A stretch of DNA of 20,000 nucleotides from an uncultured virus (IMG/VR IMGVR_UViG_3300044693_000183) (lineage: Duplodnaviria > Heunggongvirae > Uroviricota > Caudoviricetes). Within the stretch, counting starts at the first letter, position 1; the number at the start of each line of letters is the position of its first letter. Positions 15,023 through 20,000 of this stretch are shown piece by piece. The notes below the pieces were generated by a model. It had not been told where the DNA came from. It saw only the letters and a program-made list of their open reading frames with translations, and ran no database searches. The stretch is taken from IMG/VR virus record IMGVR_UViG_3300044693_000183; one strand, 5' to 3'. Made by a program: the position numbers and the translations under genes.

Positions 15023-15453
15023 GCGTCCCGGTGGCCGAGGTGGCCGAGGTGGTTGTGTGCCGCGCCCAGCGCCGCGTGCAGGCTCGCCGCGGCCTGGGCG
15101 GCGACGGCCAGCTGCTCCCGGGCCATCTCGGCGCGCTCCACGGCCAGGGCGTGGTTGCCGCGCTGGTCGTGGTCATACAGCGTCGGGTCGGAGGCCAGCT
15201 CGGCGCACCGGGCGCTCAGCTGACCCAGCACCTGATCCAGCGACGCGGCGGCGCCAGCGAGGCTGCCCACGACGTCGTAGACGCTCGAGGCGTAGGGCAG
15301 CGCGGCGGCCCGGTTGGCGCTGGCGTGGTGGAGATACCGCACGACCTCGGCGAGCAGCTGGGCGGCGGTGCGGGAGCGATCGTGGTCGAATGGCCCGTAC
15401 AGCGGCCAGTGCTGGCCGATCACGGCCTCGGCGTCGGGGATCTCGGTGTCCAT
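15019..15453 (-). CDS. Hypothetical helical-bundle protein (144 aa)
   Basis: MDTEIPDAEAV...LAEVVRYLHHAS; GAGAGGA RBS. Confidence 0.75.
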   Translation of the reverse strand: MDTEIPDAEAVIGQHWPLYGPFDHDRSRTAAQLLAEVVRYLHHASANRAAALPYASSVYDVVGSLAGAAASLDQVLGQLSARCAELASDPTLYDHDQRGNHALAVERAEMAREQLAVAAQAAASLHAALGAAHNHLGHLGHRDA

Positions 15454-15539
15454 GGCGCTGTGTCCTCTCGTGGTGGTGGTCGGGTCGACCCCGGTCCGGC
15501 GGGATCTGTGGCAGATGGACCGCCGGACCAGGGGCTGGG

Positions 15540-15650
15540 TCAGCGCTTGATCGGCTTCTTGTGTCCACACACGTAGTGGCGGACACCAACGTTGCCGAAC
15601 CACTCGTCGAAGTAATCGTCACTGCCGCAGTGGCATTTGCCGTCTGCCAT
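15540..15650 (-). CDS. 36-aa Cys-containing micro-protein
   Basis: MADGKCHCGSDDYFDEWFGNVGVRHYVCGHKKPIKR; GAGGA RBS; below the ORF-track cutoff. Confidence 0.6.
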   Translation of the reverse strand: MADGKCHCGSDDYFDEWFGNVGVRHYVCGHKKPIKR

Positions 15651-15748
15651 GTCGTTTCCTCGTTCCGATCGTCGTCAATGGAGACCGGTCCGGCGGTGTC
15701 TGTGGTGTGGCGGATGACCGCCGGGCCGAGGCTGGCCGGTGGTGCAGG

Positions 15749-15931
15749 TCAGCAGTTGCGGGTGATACCGAACTGTTCGTCTGCGGCGATTTCGGCCGAA
15801 CCGTTGAGGCCGAAAACTTTCACGCCCAGCCGGCTGGGCTGGAGTTGGACGTCGACGACTTCGCCAACGAGCCACACGCTGTCACCGGGCCGGATCTGGT
15901 CTGCGCGAACAGTGACCCTCTTCGCTGCCAT
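15749..15931 (-). CDS. 60-aa small beta-barrel (SH3/KOW-like) protein
   Basis: VRADQIRPGDSV...GEVVDV; GAGGAG RBS. Confidence 0.65.
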   Translation of the reverse strand: MAAKRVTVRADQIRPGDSVWLVGEVVDVQLQPSRLGVKVFGLNGSAEIAADEQFGITRNC

Positions 15932-15965
15932 GGTGTTCTCTCCTCGTGGTTGGTGTTGGTGCTGG

Positions 15966-16124
15966 TCAGAGGTTTTCGTGGGCCTTGTGGCCGTCAGCGT
16001 GTGCCTGCGCCTCCAGGCCCGCTTCGACGGTGTTGCGCCGGATGCGGCCCTCCCAACCACAGGTGCACTGGGGTTGGACGCTGCCGGGGATATCCCCGTC
16101 GTAGACCTCGGTCGTCTCCGCCAT
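15966..16124 (-). CDS. 52-aa protein with CxCGW...H..H Zn motif
   Basis: MAETTEV...CTCGWEG...AHADGH; GAGGAG RBS. Confidence 0.65.
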   Translation of the reverse strand: MAETTEVYDGDIPGSVQPQCTCGWEGRIRRNTVEAGLEAQAHADGHKAHENL

Positions 16125-16197
16125 GTCGATCTCCTCTGGTTGGGGACTCCTCGGGCCGGTCACAATCCCGGCGACGCCTCACGGCGTTTCGTCCAGG

Positions 16198-16260
16198 TCA
16201 GGGGGCGTGGACTTGGCCGGTCTCCATCCGGCCCATCGGCCGAGCGATCTTCAGGCTCAT
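16198..16260 (-). CDS. Possible 20-aa peptide
   Basis: MSLKIARPMGRMETGQVHAP; GGAGGA RBS and ATGA overlap with the upstream stop. Confidence 0.35.
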   Translation of the reverse strand: MSLKIARPMGRMETGQVHAP

Positions 16261-16400
16261 CGGGTGGTCCTCCGGTTGTAGTCGGCGATGAGCTCCGCCC
16301 GCGCCGCGGTGGTGCATACCGCGCACTTGCCGGGGGCCAGGTGGTGGTCGCAGTCCCGGTCCTTGGGGTTCGGGCTCCGGTCGTCGCGGGCGTGCATCAC
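16257..16400 (-). CDS. 47-aa protein with CxH...CxxC motif
   Basis: MMHARDDRSPNPKDRDCDHHLAPGKCAVC...; GAGGT RBS and GTGA overlap. Confidence 0.55.
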   Translation of the reverse strand: MMHARDDRSPNPKDRDCDHHLAPGKCAVCTTAARAELIADYNRRTTR

Positions 16401-16588
16401 TGCACCTCTTCCAGGTCAGTCCTGTTGTGCAGCTCCTTGGGCGTGTGGTGGTGGCGGTTGCTGGGGTCGTGGTACTTGCCGTCGTCGCCGAGGTGCCAGA
16501 CGCGGTTCTGGTCGTCGCGGACTCGGTCGCTGGTGGGGGGCTTGCCGCACCCGGCCGGCCACTTGCGGGGGCTGTTGGTGGTAGACAT
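16397..16588 (-). CDS. 63-aa hypothetical protein
   Basis: MSTTNSPRKWP...VRDDQNRVW; AGGAG RBS. Confidence 0.65.
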   Translation of the reverse strand: MSTTNSPRKWPAGCGKPPTSDRVRDDQNRVWHLGDDGKYHDPSNRHHHTPKELHNRTDLEEVQ

Positions 16589-16743
16589 GGTGCTGCTCCT
16601 GATGAGGGAGTGGGCCCGGCCGGCGCGAAGTTCTTGGCGGAATGGCGCGCCGGCTGGGTGGCTCGGTTGAGCCACGGCAACCCCCGGGATGCGCAGAACG
16701 AGATGCGCAGAGCCTGGGGATCACCGTGGATCAGCCGGACGTC

Positions 16744-17076
16744 TCACTCGCCCCGCGTCGGCACGAAGCCCAGCTCCTCAACCCGCGCCCGGTCTTCCGG
16801 GTTTGTCCACGGCAGCTTCGAGTTCAGCTCCAGTGCGTACCGCTCCGCGTCCTGCCGGTCCTCGAACGCCCGGACGACCAGCGTGTCGTCGTATGAGCCG
16901 GTTTCCACGATGTAGATCGTCTTCACTGCCACTCCCTCGTGGTGTCGGTGATGTCGATGTTTCCGCTTGGCGTCGTGGTCACGCTGGACCAGGTAGTCGC
17001 CGGTCTCGTGCCCGGCGTTTCCTGCCAGCCAGGTCAGGCCGAGCACGGTCGGGGCGTAAGTACCGCTGGTGCACAT
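16744..17076 (-). CDS. Hypothetical protein with a probable internal start at 16926 (MKTIYIVETGSYDD...)
   Basis: Two in-frame starts, each with an RBS: GAGGAG before ATG 17076 and GAGGGAG before GTG 16926. The C-part has the IYIV..GSY....V..F....AE small-phage-protein motif. Confidence 0.6.
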   Translation of the reverse strand: MCTSGTYAPTVLGLTWLAGNAGHETGDYLVQRDHDAKRKHRHHRHHEGVAVKTIYIVETGSYDDTLVVRAFEDRQDAERYALELNSKLPWTNPEDRARVEELGFVPTRGE

Positions 17077-17174
17077 CGGGGGGCTGGCTCCTCGTGGTGG
17101 TGGTCAGTGGCTGGGGATGGTGGGTGCTGGTGTCGGGTGGGGTCTGCTCGGGTCGCCCGCCCGACACCAGCGGC

Positions 17175-17360
17175 TTACTGGGCGGCAACCAGGGTTTTGC
17201 TGCCGGTGCGGTTTCGGACACGTTCGCGGCGCGTGGTCTCCAGGCCCGCAGCGACACGGGCTGCGGTGTAGGTGTTGTAGACGTCCTGCGGCCCGAACCT
17301 CAGGTGATCGTCAGGGTCATGCAGGTAGTAGCCGCTGGTGCCTTCGTGGATCTCGATCAC
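17175..17360 (-). CDS. 61-aa hypothetical protein
   Basis: GGAGGT RBS; GTGA overlap. Confidence 0.65.
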   Translation of the reverse strand: MIEIHEGTSGYYLHDPDDHLRFGPQDVYNTYTAARVAAGLETTRRERVRNRTGSKTLVAAQ

Positions 17361-17632
17361 GCCGCCACCTCCGCGCCGTCGACGTGGGCGGCGGCGATCT
17401 GTGCGGCGGCGATGAGGCCGTCGGCGGTTGCGGGGGTGTAGGTCTCGTGGCGGCCGGCGATGTCGGCGGTGACGAGCTGGTTGAAGTCACCGAAGCCCCG
17501 CACATACACGCGGGATGTGTTGGGGCCGTTGGTGTGGTCGGCCCACAGTCGGGGCTGGCCGTCGGGGTTGATGGAGTTGTGGAGCTGGTAGCCGGCGTCT
17601 AGGAGGGCGGCGGCGATGGTGGGTGTGGGCAT
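17357..17632 (-). CDS. 91-aa hypothetical protein, first gene of the micro-ORF operon
   Basis: AGGGA RBS; ends in EVAA, which encodes the RBS of the next gene. Confidence 0.7.
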   Translation of the reverse strand: MPTPTIAAALLDAGYQLHNSINPDGQPRLWADHTNGPNTSRVYVRGFGDFNQLVTADIAGRHETYTPATADGLIAAAQIAAAHVDGAEVAA

Positions 17633-17718
17633 GGGTGTCCCTAGGGGTTCCGGTGTGGGTTTAGGGGTGGGAGTGGTCAGCTCCCGGGTGGCGCTATCAG
17701 GTCTTTCGGTCGATAGTT

Positions 17719-17747
17719 ACTTTACGCCAGCACATTGCATGGGTCAA
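17719..17747 (-). promoter_or_regulatory. Near-consensus SigA/HrdB promoter
   Basis: TTGACC-N17-TAAAGT in a locally AT-richer stretch, followed by a CTATC..GATAG hairpin. Confidence 0.7.
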
Positions 17748-17935
17748 CTGCCGTGTGGGGTGCCACGGACACGAACCTCGTGATCCGGCTCGAACCAGAA
17801 CCCGCCATCAGCGACACCATCCACAAGGACAGCGATCAAGCCATCCCCCTCGAAAACCCTGTCGACCGTGTGCCAAGCGCCCTCGGCGAACAGCTGGGTG
17901 TGCCGGCGGTTAACCAGCTCCCGGGCGGCAGTCAT
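17744..17935 (-). CDS. 63-aa hypothetical protein
   Basis: MTAARELVNRR...; ATGA overlap with the hydrolase stop. Confidence 0.6.
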   Translation of the reverse strand: MTAARELVNRRHTQLFAEGAWHTVDRVFEGDGLIAVLVDGVADGGFWFEPDHEVRVRGTPHGS

Positions 17936-18729
17936 GAGGCCGGACCGTACGAGTGCAGGAGCGCGAAGATGCCCCGATGCCCGACAGGGGTGAGATTGAC
18001 CAGCAACGCAGCGAGTGCGGCGAGGTTGGCCCACTTGAGCGGGCCGGTCTCGAAGCACTCCCCCGTCTCGAACCGCATCCACCGGGGCATGCCCAGCGGG
18101 CGCCACGTGCGGCCACCAAGCGGCAACGGCCACAAAAACGGGATGCCACGGGTGGTCATGGCGTCACCAGCCTGGTGTGCGAGGCAGCCGACGCCGATCG
18201 CCGCGCCGATCCACCAGCCCGGTATCGACTGGTGGGCGAGGACCAGGTAGGTAGCGCCAGTGATGCCCGCGGCGGTGATCAGGTCGGTGATGTTCTTCGC
18301 GACCGGCGGCAAGCCACGTAGGGCGAGGAACGCGACCGCGAACACCACGGCAAGGGCTGCGGTTATTCCCAAGGACGTGAGCGCGACCATCCCAGCACAG
18401 ACGAGACCGGCACCGATACCGGTGTGGGTCAGGCCGCGGTGAGTGCCCTTGGTGCGTTTCCGATCAGCCGCGGTAGCGGTCAACCGGAACGCCACACGGG
18501 ACAAGCCCTGCACACCGTGTGAGACGACATCAGTGATCGGGCCAAACGAGTTACTGGCGGTGGAGCAGGACATGTCCAAATCGGGCAGCAGCGCCCCGCC
18601 CGCGCTGAGGACAGCGCCGAGGAGGATCGCCGGCGTGGTTGGGGTGTAGCCGAGGATTGTGGGGTAGAGGGCGGGTATGGCGAGGCCGACGATCGCGCCC
18701 TGCGTGGCATGGGTAGGGCCAGTGCACAT
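17932..18729 (-). CDS. Membrane-bound metal-dependent hydrolase (YdjM/DUF457 family)
   Basis: GPTH, LLPDLD, HRGLTHT and H..GD.MT..GIPFLWP motifs with several TM helices. Confidence 0.9.
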   Translation of the reverse strand: MCTGPTHATQGAIVGLAIPALYPTILGYTPTTPAILLGAVLSAGGALLPDLDMSCSTASNSFGPITDVVSHGVQGLSRVAFRLTATAADRKRTKGTHRGLTHTGIGAGLVCAGMVALTSLGITAALAVVFAVAFLALRGLPPVAKNITDLITAAGITGATYLVLAHQSIPGWWIGAAIGVGCLAHQAGDAMTTRGIPFLWPLPLGGRTWRPLGMPRWMRFETGECFETGPLKWANLAALAALLVNLTPVGHRGIFALLHSYGPAS

Positions 18730-18760
18730 GGGTTAGAGGGTTCCTGTCGTGAATAGGTGG

Positions 18761-19141
18761 TCAGTAGCTGTTGGCAATCGCTCGGTCGAGGGCCGCCTCG
18801 TCGATGCGGCCGATGTCGTAGCGCTGGGTTCGCGGGTTCCAAGCAATCTGCTCGAGGGCGATGGCGAACCCGACGCGGTTGTAGTCCTCGACCGGGTAGT
18901 CCACGCCGTACAGGCGGCCGTCTGTCCACCAATTCAAACTGTGGGCGATCTCGGTACGCGGGTCGATGCCGTGCCACAGCGCCGGCCGGTTGGGACCTTT
19001 GGCGCGAGCAGGCCAGTGCTCACAGTCGTGCATGAACAGTTGCTCACCGCAGTCTGGGCACTGGGCGTGGTCGCAGTCTTCGTCGTGGGGTTTACGGGGT
19101 GCTACTCGGCAGCCGGGGCATTCCTTAAGGGTGGTCTGCAT
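18761..19141 (-). CDS. Cys-rich hypothetical protein (CPGC..H..CD..CPDCG.Q...C...W.G)
   Basis: AAAGGAG RBS before the ATG at 19141. The in-frame upstream extension is only translated repeat DNA. Confidence 0.8.
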   Translation of the reverse strand: MQTTLKECPGCRVAPRKPHDEDCDHAQCPDCGEQLFMHDCEHWPARAKGPNRPALWHGIDPRTEIAHSLNWWTDGRLYGVDYPVEDYNRVGFAIALEQIAWNPRTQRYDIGRIDEAALDRAIANSY

Positions 19142-19174
19142 TGCTGGTTCTCCTTTTTCTTTCGCGTTCATCTC

Positions 19175-19462
19175 GTGGGGATTCGGTGGGGATTCGGTGG
19201 GGACTGGCGTGGGGATTCGGCGGGGAACGGGGTGGGGAACGGGCGGGGACTGGAGACCTCCGAGCGGGGAACGGGGTGGGGACTGGCGCCTCCCCGGCGG
19301 GGACTGGGTGGGGACTGGCGCGGGGAACGGGGGTGGGGACTGATCCCCGGGCAGCGGGGAACGAGACAGTGGCCCGTGGGGACTGGGCGGGGAACGGCGC
19401 GGGGACTGGGTCTCCCTCTTGCGGGGATCGAGCGGGGATCGGCCGCAGTGTGCCGGGGAACG
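19175..19462 (+). repeat. About 20 direct copies of GYGGGGA(CT/AC/TT/TC) spaced 11-13 or 21-22 bp
   Basis: GGGGA starts at 19177, 19188, 19199, 19211, 19222, 19234, 19245, 19266, 19278, 19299, 19310, 19322, 19335, 19356, 19378, 19389, 19401, 19423, 19434 and 19455. Confidence 0.85.
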
Positions 19463-19879
19463 GCGAGGGTGCAGCGTGGGCTCGGGAGCGGGTGGCGGCT
19501 GCTGGTTGCGGCGGCCTGATCGAGGGTGCTGGTTCGCGGCCCTCGCGTCGCGTCTGGGGGTCGAGATGGACGTCCGCATCCCTGTTACCAATCGGTAGGT
19601 TGTTACTGGGGGTGACCGCGATCGGCGGCCGTGGTACGCTCAGCTCTCGCGTGCGCGCACGCGCGCGCATCGCGTTGGGACCTCCCCCGTATGCCTGCTG
19701 GTTGTGAATTCGGGTGTGAACTTCACAAGAGGCTGTCACCGAGTGCGACATGAGGGCAGTTGCTTCGGCAGCGGTGGCGACCCCCAAGGGCCGGTCAAGG
19801 CAAACACCCAAAACGGACAGCGCGGGTGCGCCTCGCGGGACTGTTAGGTAGCCCTCACGCGAGCCCGGCAGGCTGTCAA

Positions 19880-20000
19880 GCGGTCCCCGGATTCCCCACT
19901 CACGGCGAGCCTGTTCCCCGCAGTGCTTCCCCGCCGACGGTCCCAGCCTGCGCCCAGTCCCCACCCCAGTCCCCGTCTCGTTCCCCGCGCCGTGCCCCGC
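19880..20000 (-). repeat. Same GGGGA motif in the opposite orientation (at least 7 copies, probably continuing beyond the window)
   Basis: TCCCC at 19884, 19893, 19915, 19928, 19958, 19970 and 19982. Shares GGGGAACGAGAC, GTGGGGACTGGGCG and ACGGCGCGGGGA with the left array as inverted copies. Confidence 0.75.

Noticed and set aside
14856..16670. 604-aa plus-strand ORF
   Set aside because: Arg/Gly-rich shadow opposite many RBS-supported minus-strand genes.
19125..19964. 279-aa ORF and the Pro-rich extension 19142..19591
   Set aside because: Low-complexity translations of the GGGGA repeats, whose 11/21/22-bp spacings are mostly not multiples of 3, arguing for DNA-level function.
1..20000. tRNA/rRNA, integrase/att, transposase, reverse transcriptase/DGR
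   Set aside because: No supporting motifs or TR/VR-like repeat pair seen by eye in this window.

Overview
High-GC actinobacterial temperate phage or prophage segment. All credible genes lie on the minus strand, so transcription runs from 20000 towards 1. In transcription order: (i) a helically phased, convergent GYGGGGA repeat locus resembling a TraB clt/TRS site (19175-20000), followed by a Cys-rich ORF and a YdjM-like membrane hydrolase; (ii) an operon of about 11 tiny ORFs (14708-17632) with its own promoter and terminator, stem-loops in the spacers and a recurrent RBS-associated motif; (iii) two parallel three-gene cassettes, each behind a promoter overlapped by a pair of palindromic operators; (iv) a Zn-finger/HTH late regulator followed by a promoter-short leader-terminator unit resembling lambda pR'/tR'; (v) a seven-gene module of beta-rich structural-type proteins (4880-9723) centred on a protein with about 30 tandem 20-aa repeats, placed upstream of the packaging genes; (vi) a DNA methyltransferase, small membrane proteins, an HNH endonuclease, a frameshifted DUF6221-like gene, a candidate cos region, terS and the start of terL. 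The best candidates for undescribed biology are the repeat-scaffold fibre module, the clt-like repeat locus inside a phage, and the hairpin-punctuated micro-ORF array. Family assignments come from motif recognition by eye; no database searches were run.
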